DNA of 43,856 nt from a virus. The position numbers and the translations under genes are program-made. Positions 14,776 to 24,412 of this stretch are shown here, piece by piece (position 1 is the stretch's first letter; each line of letters begins with the position of its first letter). Location: the IMG/VR virus record IMGVR_UViG_3300010375_000006, positions 1 through 43,856 of that record, one strand, 5' to 3'. The notes beneath the pieces are model-generated. The model had not been told where the DNA came from and searched no databases. It saw nothing but the letters and a program-made list of their open reading frames with translations.

Positions 14776-16066
14776 GACCGCTGCGGTGTTTGAGCCGCTT
14801 CTGCAGTCCGCGCGCGACAAAGCGGCCCACGGTGGGCGCGGCTCGGGCAAGTCTCACTTCTTCGCCGGTCTACTTGTGGAAGATGCGATAGCTGAGCCTG
14901 GCAACAGTGGCGGCGAAGGACTGCGATCGGTCTGCATCCGCGAGGTGCAGAAGGATCTCGCGCAATCGTCCAAGGCGCTGATCGAAGACAAAATCCGCGA
15001 ATACGGGTTGGGTGAAGCTGACGGCTTCAAGATATTCCGCGACGTGATCCAGACGCCGGGTGACGGGATTATCATTTTCAAGGGCATGCAGGATTACACC
15101 GCCGACAGCATCAAGTCGCTGGAGGGGTTCAAGCGGGCCTGGTGGGAAGAGGCGCAAGGCGCAACGCAGCACAGCATCAACCTGCTCCGTCCGACTATCC
15201 GAGCGTCGGGCTCTGAGCGCTGGTGGAGTTGGAACCCGCGCCGCAAGGTCGATCCGGTCGATGTGATGTTCCGTGGTCCTGAGCGGCCAAGCGGATCGGT
15301 CGTTGTCGAAGCGAACTGGCGCGACAATCCATGGTTCACGGCCGAACTGGAGCAAGAGCGAAACGACACGATGCGGCTCAACCCCGACCAATATGATCAT
15401 ATCTGGGAGGGCGGTTACATCTCGGTTGCGAGCGGCGCATATTTTGCGCGTGACCTCGCCCAAGCCAAAGCCGAAAACCGGATCGGGAATGTCGCCTTCG
15501 ATCCGCTGATGACGGTGCGGCTGTTCTGCGACATTGGCGGTACGGGGGCGCGGGCGGATGCCTTTGCCTGCTGGCCGGCGCAGTTCGTTGGGCGCGAGAT
15601 ACGCGTGCGGGATTATTATGAGGCGGTGGGGCAGCCGCTGGCGGCGCATCTCAACTGGCTGCGCGGCAAAGGCTATGGGCCGGAGCGCGCGCAATTCTGG
15701 CTGCCGCATGACGGGGCGACGCAGGACCGGGTGTTCGATGTGTCGTATGAGAGCGCGCTGCGAGCGGCCGGCTATCACGTCACTGTGGTTCCCAATCAAG
15801 GCAAAGGCGCCGCGGCTGCGCGCGTCGAGGCCGCACGTCGGCTGTTCCCTTCTATCTGGTTCGACAAGCCCACCACTGAAGGCGGTCGGGAGGCATTGGG
15901 CTGGTATCACGAGAAGAAGGACGAGCGCCGCGGCATCGGCCTTGGTCCTGAACACGATTGGGCGAGCCATGCCGCTGACAGCTTCGGCTTGATGTGCGTG
16001 GCTTACGAGATTCCACGGCAGCGCGCCCAGATCAATTACACTCAACGCCTCGGGAAGGTAGCTTAA
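14753..16066 (+). CDS. terL: Terminase large subunit
   Basis: Walker A motif GGRGSGKSHFFA. 437 aa. TTG start with a GGAGAGG RBS. Followed by the portal gene. Confidence 0.9.
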   Translation: MSRTLRIETAAVFEPLLQSARDKAAHGGRGSGKSHFFAGLLVEDAIAEPGNSGGEGLRSVCIREVQKDLAQSSKALIEDKIREYGLGEADGFKIFRDVIQTPGDGIIIFKGMQDYTADSIKSLEGFKRAWWEEAQGATQHSINLLRPTIRASGSERWWSWNPRRKVDPVDVMFRGPERPSGSVVVEANWRDNPWFTAELEQERNDTMRLNPDQYDHIWEGGYISVASGAYFARDLAQAKAENRIGNVAFDPLMTVRLFCDIGGTGARADAFACWPAQFVGREIRVRDYYEAVGQPLAAHLNWLRGKGYGPERAQFWLPHDGATQDRVFDVSYESALRAAGYHVTVVPNQGKGAAAARVEAARRLFPSIWFDKPTTEGGREALGWYHEKKDERRGIGLGPEHDWASHAADSFGLMCVAYEIPRQRAQINYTQRLGKVA

Positions 16067-16067
16067 G

Positions 16068-18209
16068 ATGGCCCTCGCTGATCCACAGCCGGACTATACC
16101 GAGCTTCTCAACTTCCTGACGACGGAAGAGCAGAGCGCGAACGATTCCACACTCAACGAGCAACGGGCAACTGCGCTCGATTTCTACACCGGCCAGCCTT
16201 ATGGCGATGAGCAGGAGGGGCGTTCTCAGCTCGTCACGCGCGAAGTGGCGCAGACCGTCGATTATGACGTGATCTCCATCCTGCGCACCATCGTCAGCAG
16301 CGATCGCATCGTTCAGTTCGAGGCGCGCAATGAGGAGCAGGCCGGGGCGGCTGACGACGCAAGCGAGCTGATCCATTTCAGCTTCATGCGCGAGCAGGAC
16401 GGTTACCGGATCCTGCACGACGCGATCAAGCTGGGCGAACTGGAGAAGACCGGCGTTATCAAGTCATGGGTCGAGCATCGCCAAAAACCCATGACGGTCG
16501 AGGTTCCAGCGGAGGCATTCCAACCCGACGATGACGGAAACGCCCACATAGACGGCATGCGGGTCATATCCGCCGAGCATATCAATCCTGACGAGGTGGC
16601 GGATGACGGGTTCGGCAATGTCGTCCCCGCGCCTGAAATCCACCGCGCGACCGTTATCCAGAAGCTTCCGCCGCGCTTCCGTGACGCTGCGGTGCCGAAC
16701 GAAGAGTTCGGGGCTTCGGCCGACACATTCGAACTGGATGAATCGCCCTATCTGTTCCACGCGCAGCGCAAGTCTCTGTCCGATCTCCAGAAGATGGGAT
16801 TCCAGTTCGACCCGGATACGCTTTGGGCCAACGAGATACAGGCCCGCGTCATCGCCGATGCCCGCGACCGCGACCAATCACGCAAGGCGATCGACACGAC
16901 CCGTCGCGGGGCAATGCGCCAAGTCTGGTATCGCGAGGAGTTTGTGCTGTTCGACTTGAACGGGGACGGGATTGCTGAACGTCTGATCGTCCAGCGGGTT
17001 GGTCGCACGGTCCTGAACGTTGAGGAGGTTGACGAGCAACCCTTTACCGAATGGTGCCCCTATCCCATGCCGGGGCGTCGGGTTGGGCAATCGCTGTTCG
17101 ACAAGTGCGGCGATGTCCAGCGCGTCAACAGCGTGCTGCTCCGCCAGGCGATGGACTCGCTCTACCAGTCCACCAACCCCCGCACGCTGCTGCACGAGGA
17201 CAGCGTCAGCGAGAACACGATCGACGACCTTCTGACGGTTCGTTCGGGCGCCTTGATCCGCTGGCAGGGGGCGCAAGCGCCTACCCCATGGGCGACGATC
17301 CCGGTTCATGATCAGGCATTCCAGGGCATCGAGATGATGACCAACATGCTGGAGAGCAGGACCGGCGTGACGCGGCTCAACCAGGGGCTTGACGTCGATA
17401 CGTTCGATCGCACCGCCTCTGGAACCGCCGCGATCATGGCGGCCGGGGAATCCATGCAGGAATATCGCGCGCGCAACTTCGTCGAGATGCTGCGCCGCCT
17501 GTTCGCCAAGAAATACCGCATGATGCGGCAATATGGACAGCCGGTCACGATTCAGGTGGATGGCGAGTTCCGCGAGATCGACCCGAGGAAATGGCCTGAG
17601 GAAATCGACATCCGCGTCCGCGTTGGCCTCGGCACGGGCAATCAGGATAAGCGTATCGCCTATCTGTCGCAGACCCTGGAATCGCAGATCGAGGGCCTGC
17701 AGCAAAGTTCTCCCCTGGTGACGTGGAAGAACGCCTTCAACACGTCGCGCGCGCTGATTTCGTCCATGAACATCGGGAACCCCAGCGATTATGTGACCGA
17801 CCCGGACAAGAACCAGCAGCAACAGGGCGACAAGCCGGACCCTGAGACAATCAAGGCCCAAGGCGAGGCGCAGGCGGCGTCTCTCAAGGTTCAGAGCGAG
17901 CATGAGCAGGCCATGGCGCGGCTCAGTCTCCAGCAACAGGAAAGCCAGGCTGCAGCCGCACTCAAGGCGCAGGCCAACGAACAGGATCTCGCCGCCAAAC
18001 GTGAGAAGACCGCGCTTGATATCGAATTGGCCCGTGAGAGAGCGGCGTTTGAAGCGGACCTGGCCAATCGGCAGCAGGGCTTTGAAATGGACCTCGCGGA
18101 GCGGCGTTTTCAGTTCGATCAAGAGATCGCCCGCAAGAAGGCCGAGCAGGCCAGCCAGAGCGACGACAACATAACGAACTACAGGCCTGGCGGAGCGCTG
18201 GACCAATGA
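16068..18209 (+). CDS. Portal protein with a long C-terminal coiled-coil extension
   Basis: 713 aa, directly after TerL. The C-terminus is Q/E/A-rich and helical (KAQGEAQAASLKVQSEHEQAMARLSLQQQES...). Confidence 0.8.
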   Translation: MALADPQPDYTELLNFLTTEEQSANDSTLNEQRATALDFYTGQPYGDEQEGRSQLVTREVAQTVDYDVISILRTIVSSDRIVQFEARNEEQAGAADDASELIHFSFMREQDGYRILHDAIKLGELEKTGVIKSWVEHRQKPMTVEVPAEAFQPDDDGNAHIDGMRVISAEHINPDEVADDGFGNVVPAPEIHRATVIQKLPPRFRDAAVPNEEFGASADTFELDESPYLFHAQRKSLSDLQKMGFQFDPDTLWANEIQARVIADARDRDQSRKAIDTTRRGAMRQVWYREEFVLFDLNGDGIAERLIVQRVGRTVLNVEEVDEQPFTEWCPYPMPGRRVGQSLFDKCGDVQRVNSVLLRQAMDSLYQSTNPRTLLHEDSVSENTIDDLLTVRSGALIRWQGAQAPTPWATIPVHDQAFQGIEMMTNMLESRTGVTRLNQGLDVDTFDRTASGTAAIMAAGESMQEYRARNFVEMLRRLFAKKYRMMRQYGQPVTIQVDGEFREIDPRKWPEEIDIRVRVGLGTGNQDKRIAYLSQTLESQIEGLQQSSPLVTWKNAFNTSRALISSMNIGNPSDYVTDPDKNQQQQGDKPDPETIKAQGEAQAASLKVQSEHEQAMARLSLQQQESQAAAALKAQANEQDLAAKREKTALDIELARERAAFEADLANRQQGFEMDLAERRFQFDQEIARKKAEQASQSDDNITNYRPGGALDQ

Positions 18210-18400
18210 GCCGCTATTGTCGCCAGCAGCCCTCCTCGCGGTTGTTCGTAGAGGACGCCATCTTTGACGGAGAGCGGCCCGGTTTGCCGGACATTCAGGT
18301 AGCGAGCCATGCAGCTTGCGACACGGGCCTTCTATGGCCTGACGGCTCCATTATTTGGCGCGCTCCCAACCCGATCGGCTTCGGCGGAGAGTTGGAATGA
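18206..18400 (+). CDS. Hypothetical protein (64 aa)
   Basis: ATGA coupling to the portal stop. Confidence 0.45.
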   Translation: MSRYCRQQPSSRLFVEDAIFDGERPGLPDIQVASHAACDTGLLWPDGSIIWRAPNPIGFGGELE

Positions 18401-18552
18401 GCGCCGAAAACGACCTTCGCGATGCGATTATCGCTCAGATGGATCACGTCCGTACCACGGCAACACCGCTGGGCCGCGTGGTTACATTCGGAGATTACGC
18501 AGACGCCATTGTCGCGCTCATTAAACGCTGGACCGCCGAGGAGCCCGCATGA
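18397..18552 (+). CDS. Hypothetical protein (51 aa)
   Basis: ATGA coupling. MSAENDLRDAIIAQMDHV... Confidence 0.45.
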   Translation: MSAENDLRDAIIAQMDHVRTTATPLGRVVTFGDYADAIVALIKRWTAEEPA

Positions 18553-18857
18553 ACGATAACTATCTTGAGCGCCTCGCCGACGCGGAAGCGGCCGAGAATG
18601 CCATGAAAAGGTGGCTCGGGCCCGCCTTCGATGCCGTCAACGAGGTCTATCGCGAGCGCCTACAAAGCATTGCGGCCAAGGAGCCGTGGGAGACGGCCAA
18701 AATCTCCAAGGTGGCCGTGGCCATCACGATTGCCGCGGAAGTTCGCAAGCAAATCGAAGCCGTCGTCGCAGATGGGAAGGTGGCGCTTAGCGAGAAGCGT
18801 CACCGCCAGCAGATCGAAAATATCCCGCACGAGAAGCGCAAATGGCTGGGGATCTAA
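18549..18857 (+). CDS. Hypothetical head-module protein (102 aa)
   Basis: ATGA coupling. Helical composition. Confidence 0.55.
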   Translation: MNDNYLERLADAEAAENAMKRWLGPAFDAVNEVYRERLQSIAAKEPWETAKISKVAVAITIAAEVRKQIEAVVADGKVALSEKRHRQQIENIPHEKRKWLGI

Positions 18858-19003
18858 CGCCGCAATGGGCGATGGACGCCTATAACCGCCTTCTGGACGC
18901 GCGCCGGCACCTTTCCGACAAGGAGCTGGAAGAGATGGAGCGCGATAACAAGCGCCAGTTCGAGCGCGCCAGGATCATGCGGCGTCTGGAGAAGGTGGCA
19001 TGA
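18842..19003 (+). CDS. Micro-ORF, 53 aa (not in track)
   Basis: My translation: MAGDLTPQWAMDAYNRLLDARRHLSDKELEEMERDNKRQFERARIMRRLEKVA. Its stop overlaps the next ATG (ATGA). Confidence 0.4.
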   Translation: MAGDLTPQWAMDAYNRLLDARRHLSDKELEEMERDNKRQFERARIMRRLEKVA

Positions 19004-19218
19004 CCTTCGCCGATCTCAACCTTCCGTACAGCTACGGGCATGGCGTCTGGACGCGCTCGCAAGCGGTCACCGGGGAAGACTGGGCCACCGCCGAAGATGC
19101 CCTGACGCAAGAGGCCCTGACGTGGATCGGGGACAATCCAGGCAAAGCCAACGGCTACCACATCTTCCGCAACGAGCCCGGGAAGATGCTCACACTCGAT
19201 TTGATGCGCGGCGCCTGA
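19000..19218 (+). CDS. Hypothetical protein (72 aa)
   Basis: Coupled ORF. Confidence 0.5.
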   Translation: MTFADLNLPYSYGHGVWTRSQAVTGEDWATAEDALTQEALTWIGDNPGKANGYHIFRNEPGKMLTLDLMRGA

Positions 19219-19240
19219 AGCGCCAGGGAAAGGACTGAAA

Positions 19241-20152
19241 ATGGCTACGCAGCCGGTTGAAACAGAATTGCAGACCCCGACCGTTGAGGGCGCCACCAAC
19301 GAGAATGACGCCGCGTCTTTCTATGCTGACGATCAGCAGCAGGGCGAAGGGCAGGAGGGGGGAGACCAGTCCTCCGAAGCTGAGCAGCAGGAGGCGGCGC
19401 CAGCAGTTGAGGCGCCCAATTCTTGGCCGGCCGAAGACCGGGAAGTGTTCAAGACCCTGACGCCTGAAGCACAGGCCGTGGTCGCCCGCCGCGAAGCTGA
19501 ACGGGACAAGCAGGTCTACGCCAAAGGGCAAGAGGTTCGCCAGGTCGAAGCGACCGCGCGTGAAGCTGTGATGAAAATCCAGCACAACTATGCAACCCAA
19601 ATCAGCTCTTTGCTTGGCGGCTCACAAGCGCCGGAAAGACCTGATCCTCGGCTATTGGCCACTGGACAGGAGCAGCATCGCGCGTTATTCTACCAGCAGG
19701 AAGCAGAATACCGGTCTTGGGAATCCCAGCAGCAAACGCTGCAGACACACCTAGGCCAGATTCAGCAACAAGCGGCGGCGTTGGAAGCGCAGCATTTTGA
19801 GGCCCAAAAGGCCCATGATGAATCTCTTCTGGCGCAAGAGCTTGGCGATATATGGTCTGAGCCATCAAAGCGGCAGAAGTTCCTGAGCGATCTGGAACCC
19901 ATCGGCGGAGAACTCGGCTACTCCAGGGAACTGATGGCGCAAGCTAACGCCACGGACATCCTTGCTCTCAAGAAAGCACTCGACTGGAAGGCGAAAGCCG
20001 CCCGTTGGGATGATCTCCAGAAGCGCAAGATGACCGACGTTCGCGCGGGCAAACAGCCTCCCAAAGTGATGCAGCCGGGAGTGTCTGGCAGCGCGGGGCA
20101 GCAAAATCTCAGCGTGGCAGAAACTCTCTATCCGAATGATGTGAGGCGATGA
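19241..20152 (+). CDS. Scaffolding protein (putative)
   Basis: 303 aa, acidic and Q/E-rich helical, between the portal and the major capsid gene. GGAAAGGA RBS. Confidence 0.65.
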   Translation: MATQPVETELQTPTVEGATNENDAASFYADDQQQGEGQEGGDQSSEAEQQEAAPAVEAPNSWPAEDREVFKTLTPEAQAVVARREAERDKQVYAKGQEVRQVEATAREAVMKIQHNYATQISSLLGGSQAPERPDPRLLATGQEQHRALFYQQEAEYRSWESQQQTLQTHLGQIQQQAAALEAQHFEAQKAHDESLLAQELGDIWSEPSKRQKFLSDLEPIGGELGYSRELMAQANATDILALKKALDWKAKAARWDDLQKRKMTDVRAGKQPPKVMQPGVSGSAGQQNLSVAETLYPNDVRR

Positions 20153-20198
20153 CGCGGGCTGACGCTCCCTTCGCCTCCGCGAGATGGGAGCGGCCTTC

Positions 20199-21227
20199 AT
20201 GGCTACCGTTGGGAACACCTTCATCGGCATTGCCGATTACTACAAGTCCACGAACAGCAACCGGGACATCATCCCCGTTATCGAGGCCCTGAACATCGTC
20301 AATCCTCTCATGGAGGATGCGTATGTGATCGAGGCCAACCAGGGCACCAAGCACCTGTCGGCGATCCGCACGGGTCTGCCTTCGGTGACGTGGGGCAAAC
20401 TCTACCAGGGCATTCCGCAAAGCAAGTCCGTCAAGCAGCAGGTCGAGGATACGACCGGCTTCGTCGAGGGGCTGTCCACGGTCGATAAGCGGCTGCTGGA
20501 TATTTCCAAGGATCCGGCCGCGTTGCGGATGAGCGAGGCGGAGAGCTTCCTTGAGGCGATGAGCCAGGAAGTCACGTCCAACTTCTTCTACAGCGACACG
20601 CGCACCACGCCGGAGCGCTTCAAGGGCCTCGCGGCCCGCTACAATGCCCTTGGTGGCGACGGAGCGGGTAACCAGATCGTCAACGCTGCCGGGTCGGGAT
20701 CGGACAACACCTCGGTCTATTTCGTGACCTGGGGCGCGAACCAGACTTCGCTGATCTACCCCGAAGGCACCGCTGCCGGCATTCAGCGCGAGGACAAGGG
20801 CGAGGTCCGCGTCTATGATGACCTGAACAACGCCTATTACGCCAAGGAAGAGCTGTTCCGGCAGCATGTCGGCGTGCGTGTCGGCGATTGGCGCTTCAAC
20901 GCCCGCATTGCCAACATCGACGTGTCCGACCTGATCGCCGGCACCGTCGATCTCTACAAGTTCATGCGCTCTGCATACTACAAGCTGCAGGTTCGCCGGA
21001 ACAACAAGATCGGCAACGGCGGCATGGTTTCGATGGGCAAGACGGTGATCTACGCCAATCGCACCATCCTTGAGGCGCTGGAAGCCCTCTCGGTCAACAA
21101 AGGATCGTCTGACAATTTCGTGCGCCTCACCCCGGATGAGATCCAGGGCCGCGAGGTCATGACTTACAAGGGCATTCCCATCCGAGAGACGGATTCCATC
21201 ATCAACGCCGAATCCGTCGTTTCGTAA
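20199..21227 (+). CDS. Major capsid protein
   Basis: About 342 aa after the scaffold gene. GGGAG lies 8 nt upstream of ATG 20199 (an alternative ATG is at 20184). Followed by a cement-like gene and a terminator. Confidence 0.8.
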   Translation: MATVGNTFIGIADYYKSTNSNRDIIPVIEALNIVNPLMEDAYVIEANQGTKHLSAIRTGLPSVTWGKLYQGIPQSKSVKQQVEDTTGFVEGLSTVDKRLLDISKDPAALRMSEAESFLEAMSQEVTSNFFYSDTRTTPERFKGLAARYNALGGDGAGNQIVNAAGSGSDNTSVYFVTWGANQTSLIYPEGTAAGIQREDKGEVRVYDDLNNAYYAKEELFRQHVGVRVGDWRFNARIANIDVSDLIAGTVDLYKFMRSAYYKLQVRRNNKIGNGGMVSMGKTVIYANRTILEALEALSVNKGSSDNFVRLTPDEIQGREVMTYKGIPIRETDSIINAESVVS

Positions 21228-21253
21228 CGGCTGCGCGAACAGGAGTATTTGAT

Positions 21254-21703
21254 ATGATCTTCGACCGTGCTGAACTTTTCAGCAGCGCGCAGGCCATTAC
21301 GGCGACTGCCGCATCGACCAATGTTCTGGATACCGGAGCGACCGGCACCGTCTTCGGCGCCGCTGCCGCGCTGGGTCGCGATCTCGGCAAGGGGACCCCG
21401 ATTCCCCTGGCTATCCGCATCGTCCAGAACTTCAACAATCTGACCTCTATGACGATCGCCTATCAGGTGTCGGACGACGCGGCGTTTACCACGCCTGTAA
21501 CGGTCGTGACCTCGCCAGCCTACACGCTGGCGCAACTCAACGCGACCGGCAGCAGCGCCGTCCATATCCTGCCTGACCAAGTGCCGGCTGGCGCGAACAA
21601 GCGCTACCACCGCTTGCTCTACACCGTCGCTGGAACCGCGCCGACGCTGGGCCAGGTCACGGCGGGCCTCGTCATGTCGAACCAGACCAACTCTCAGTAC
21701 TGA
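21254..21703 (+). CDS. Capsid cement/decoration protein candidate (Bbp16-like, tentative)
   Basis: 149 aa directly after the capsid gene. FSSAQAITATAASTNVLDTG...YQVSDDAAF...KRYHRLLYTV resembles my memory of the BPP-1 Bbp16 family. Confidence 0.45.
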   Translation: MIFDRAELFSSAQAITATAASTNVLDTGATGTVFGAAAALGRDLGKGTPIPLAIRIVQNFNNLTSMTIAYQVSDDAAFTTPVTVVTSPAYTLAQLNATGSSAVHILPDQVPAGANKRYHRLLYTVAGTAPTLGQVTAGLVMSNQTNSQY

Positions 21704-21713
21704 GGAGGCATAG

Positions 21714-22022
21714 ATGACCAAGAAGTCAGACCCCAAGGCGTATACCGCCCCGCACGACGTCTTCACTGCCGATCAGTACACCAAGGCCGGCGAGGTGTTC
21801 GTCACCGATGCCCCCAAGGGCGAGAAGTGGGAGGAGAAAACCACCGCGGAGGTGCACGCGATCGACGCTTCGACCGACAAGGTTCCGGGCGATCCTCCGC
21901 TCGAAAGCCTGTCCGTCGATGCTCTCAAAGCGGTCGCGGTGACCAAGCACGTCAACCCCGAAGGCATGAACAAGAAAGAGCTGATCACGGCCATCAAGGC
22001 CGCGAGCGAGCCCCGTCTTTGA
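21714..22022 (+). CDS. Virion-associated protein with a C-terminal HeH/Rho-N-like motif
   Basis: LSVDALKAVAVTKHVNPEGMNKKELITAIKAA. Confidence 0.5.
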   Translation: MTKKSDPKAYTAPHDVFTADQYTKAGEVFVTDAPKGEKWEEKTTAEVHAIDASTDKVPGDPPLESLSVDALKAVAVTKHVNPEGMNKKELITAIKAASEPRL

Positions 22023-22029
22023 TCATGAG

Positions 22030-22056
22030 GGCCGGCTAACCCCCGGCCCTTTCCTG
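22030..22056 (+). terminator. Rho-independent terminator candidate after the capsid module
   Basis: GGGCCGG-ctaaccc-CCGGCCC followed by tttcctgctt. Confidence 0.5.
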
Positions 22057-22072
22057 CTTAGCGGAGGTTAAT

Positions 22073-22522
22073 ATGGCCGTTCCCACCGGGACGAAGAATG
22101 CCCAGACACTTGGCGCGGCCGGCGCCCCCATCACGCTTGCGGATGGAACGGTTGCCTATGCGCTGATGACGATCCCGGTCGATTCAACCGGAACGCCCAG
22201 TTCAGGGACCAGCCCGAGCAACACCTACACTCTTGCGAACAACATTACGCTTGCCGGCAACACCAGCACGACGCCGGTTGCGATCCCAGCAAATTCATCG
22301 GCGAGCTACGGCTTCAGCTACATTCTGGGCGGCACGTCGCCGAACATGAAGCTACAGGCCTTGGGCGCGGACGCGACGACATGGCAGGATGTCGTCACCG
22401 GAATCACGGCGTCTGGCCAGCAGGGCGTGGTTGTGTTCACGGGCGCGGCCGGAGCCTCGTTGCGGCTCACCAATACCACGGCCAATTCTATCACCGGCCT
22501 GACGGCCACGTTGTCGAGCTGA
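22073..22522 (+). CDS. Hypothetical structural protein (149 aa, T/S/G/A-rich)
   Basis: GGAGG RBS. Beta-rich composition. Confidence 0.6.
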   Translation: MAVPTGTKNAQTLGAAGAPITLADGTVAYALMTIPVDSTGTPSSGTSPSNTYTLANNITLAGNTSTTPVAIPANSSASYGFSYILGGTSPNMKLQALGADATTWQDVVTGITASGQQGVVVFTGAAGASLRLTNTTANSITGLTATLSS

Positions 22523-22935
22523 TGCCCGTATCCACCTCATACGGGCTGGCGAAAGGCTGGCCGGTTGCGGCGGGGCAAGCAATATTTGCGCTGGCCATTT
22601 CCGGCACGCCCGGAGCCGCGACAGTCGGGTCCAGCTACAGCTTTACGCCGACCGCGACAGGCGGAGTGGGGACGAAGGTTTTCAGCTTCGATAATTCGGC
22701 CGGCCTGACTGCGAACGGTCTGTCTTTCAGCGCCTCCACCGGGGCAATCACGGGCACCGCCACCGGATCGGCAGGAACGATCACGGGCACAATCACTGTG
22801 ACGGATAGCAGCGGCTCCGCAACCCTGCCGATCAGCATCACCGTGTCTTCCACCCTTCCGGACACCTTCGACCGCATGACTGCAACCTTCACCTTCGACA
22901 GCATGACAACGCCAACTTTCGACCGGAGCATTTGA
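22522..22935 (+). CDS. Ig-like domain structural protein
   Basis: LAISGTPGAATVGSSYSFTPTATGG...GLSFSASTGAITGTATGSAGTITGTITVTDSSG is a putative-Ig-domain pattern. TGATG coupling. Confidence 0.6.
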   Translation: MPVSTSYGLAKGWPVAAGQAIFALAISGTPGAATVGSSYSFTPTATGGVGTKVFSFDNSAGLTANGLSFSASTGAITGTATGSAGTITGTITVTDSSGSATLPISITVSSTLPDTFDRMTATFTFDSMTTPTFDRSI

Positions 22936-22936
22936 C

Positions 22937-24412
22937 ATGGGCTTGATCAACATCGGCACCGCCGCGGATGACGGTACCGGCTCGAAGCCGCGCGAGGCCG
23001 CGCTTCTCATCAATCGCAGCATGAACGCGCCGCTTCGCAAAGCGGTCAGCGTCATGTTCGACGGCGACAGCAAGGGCGTCGAGGGCTTCAACGTCTACGT
23101 CTATGTCGCAGCCGTTACGGGCATCAGCTTCGTCCGCCGCGACACCGGCAATGCGGGCGGTTATGGCATCGGAGGCTCTGACAGCAGCTCCACCACGAAC
23201 AACCTCACCAATACGACGCGCATGGCGAATTGCCTTGCCGCGCTGCAGGCTTTGACGAATGCCGGCGAGACCGTGGACGTGTCGCTGCGCATGTTCACCA
23301 ACGACGTTGCGACCGACCCGGCGACGGTCATTTCGCGCCTAACGACCTACCATAACACCGTCGTGCGCGCCGGCGGTGCGCGGTTCCTGATCCTGTTCGC
23401 GTGCGAGCCCGGCAATGGCAGTTCGACGTCGGGTCTCAATGCCCAGCGTATTGCCCTCAACCGCCGCCTCTCGGCTTATGCGAACACCAACTCGCATGAC
23501 ACGATCTATATAGATTATACCAATCAGATCATCGACCCCAACGCCTCGAACACTCTTGGCAAATGCTATCCATATACCGCGACCGGCACCGGCGCCCCGA
23601 TCGGCTCGGTTTTGCGGGATGGTACCCACCACAGCAACAACGGTGATTTCCTCGCCAGCAAGGGCGCCATCGAGGCGCTGAAGGCGATCTATCCGAAGAA
23701 GCAGACCCGCAGTCTTTCGCAAGTGGCCACTGGCCAGGATACCAATGGCGCGTCTGGCTATGGCGACAGCCACGACGGTAATTTGTATACAGTGGGCCGC
23801 ACCGTCGCGATCGGGGGCGTGATCGGTGGCTTCACCGGAACCACGCCAGTCGGGACGCCACCGGCCAGCATGAGCCTGTCCGGCACGCTTGATGGTACGG
23901 GCGCGATAACCTTCACTGCTGCAACCGCATCTGTGACCGCCGATGGCCTGCCTATTCCTCCGGGGGATTGGCCGGCGGTGAATGTCGCGCTTACCGGCAC
24001 GCCCACCACCACGGCGACGTTCACCATAACCTATAACGGGGCGGGTGTTTCGCTGGCGACCAACAACCAGATTGCGATCGGCGATCCGTTGCGTATGTTC
24101 GTCGTTCTCAAGGCTAATAACCTCGTGGGCGTGGCACAGTTCAAAGTGACCATGAACGGCGAGGCCGTGTCTGGCCAGTCGCTGCCGACACTCGGCGGCA
24201 CGTCCGGCGCCAACTCGCCGCTGGCCGATGGGTGGATCAACCGCAACGGATCTGGTGGCCTTGACGGTCCTATCATCATCGAAGGCGATGTCTTCACCGC
24301 TGCCGCCGCTCACTCGACCGTCAAGATTGCCCTGATCACGCAGGTTATGGCGAACGTGCCTCTTTCGGGCAGCTTCGACATCCTGCTGATTGGCGTCGAG
24401 CGGGCTTATTGA
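22937..24412 (+). CDS. Tail spike/fibre with an SGNH (GDSL-like) esterase domain
   Basis: N-terminus IGTAADDGTGSKPREAALLIN is a fibre-type motif. SGNH block I is FDGDSKG and block V is DGTHHSNNG. Confidence 0.65.
   Translation: MGLINIGTAADDGTGSKPREAALLINRSMNAPLRKAVSVMFDGDSKGVEGFNVYVYVAAVTGISFVRRDTGNAGGYGIGGSDSSSTTNNLTNTTRMANCLAALQALTNAGETVDVSLRMFTNDVATDPATVISRLTTYHNTVVRAGGARFLILFACEPGNGSSTSGLNAQRIALNRRLSAYANTNSHDTIYIDYTNQIIDPNASNTLGKCYPYTATGTGAPIGSVLRDGTHHSNNGDFLASKGAIEALKAIYPKKQTRSLSQVATGQDTNGASGYGDSHDGNLYTVGRTVAIGGVIGGFTGTTPVGTPPASMSLSGTLDGTGAITFTAATASVTADGLPIPPGDWPAVNVALTGTPTTTATFTITYNGAGVSLATNNQIAIGDPLRMFVVLKANNLVGVAQFKVTMNGEAVSGQSLPTLGGTSGANSPLADGWINRNGSGGLDGPIIIEGDVFTAAAAHSTVKIALITQVMANVPLSGSFDILLIGVERAY

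Noticed and set aside
14870-18206. Long antisense ORFs 14870..16045(-) (391 aa) and 16878..18206(-) (442 aa), opposite terminase and portal.
   Set aside because: They are shadow ORFs typical of high-GC DNA. Their composition is Arg/Leu/Pro/Ala-rich with no motifs, and they oppose genes with clear terminase (Walker A) and portal identity.
20109-24313. Antisense ORFs 20109..20867(-), 21164..21766(-), 22537..23091(-) and 23339..24313(-).
   Set aside because: They oppose the well-supported capsid and tail genes. Their composition is R/G/A-rich and there is no RBS or coupling.
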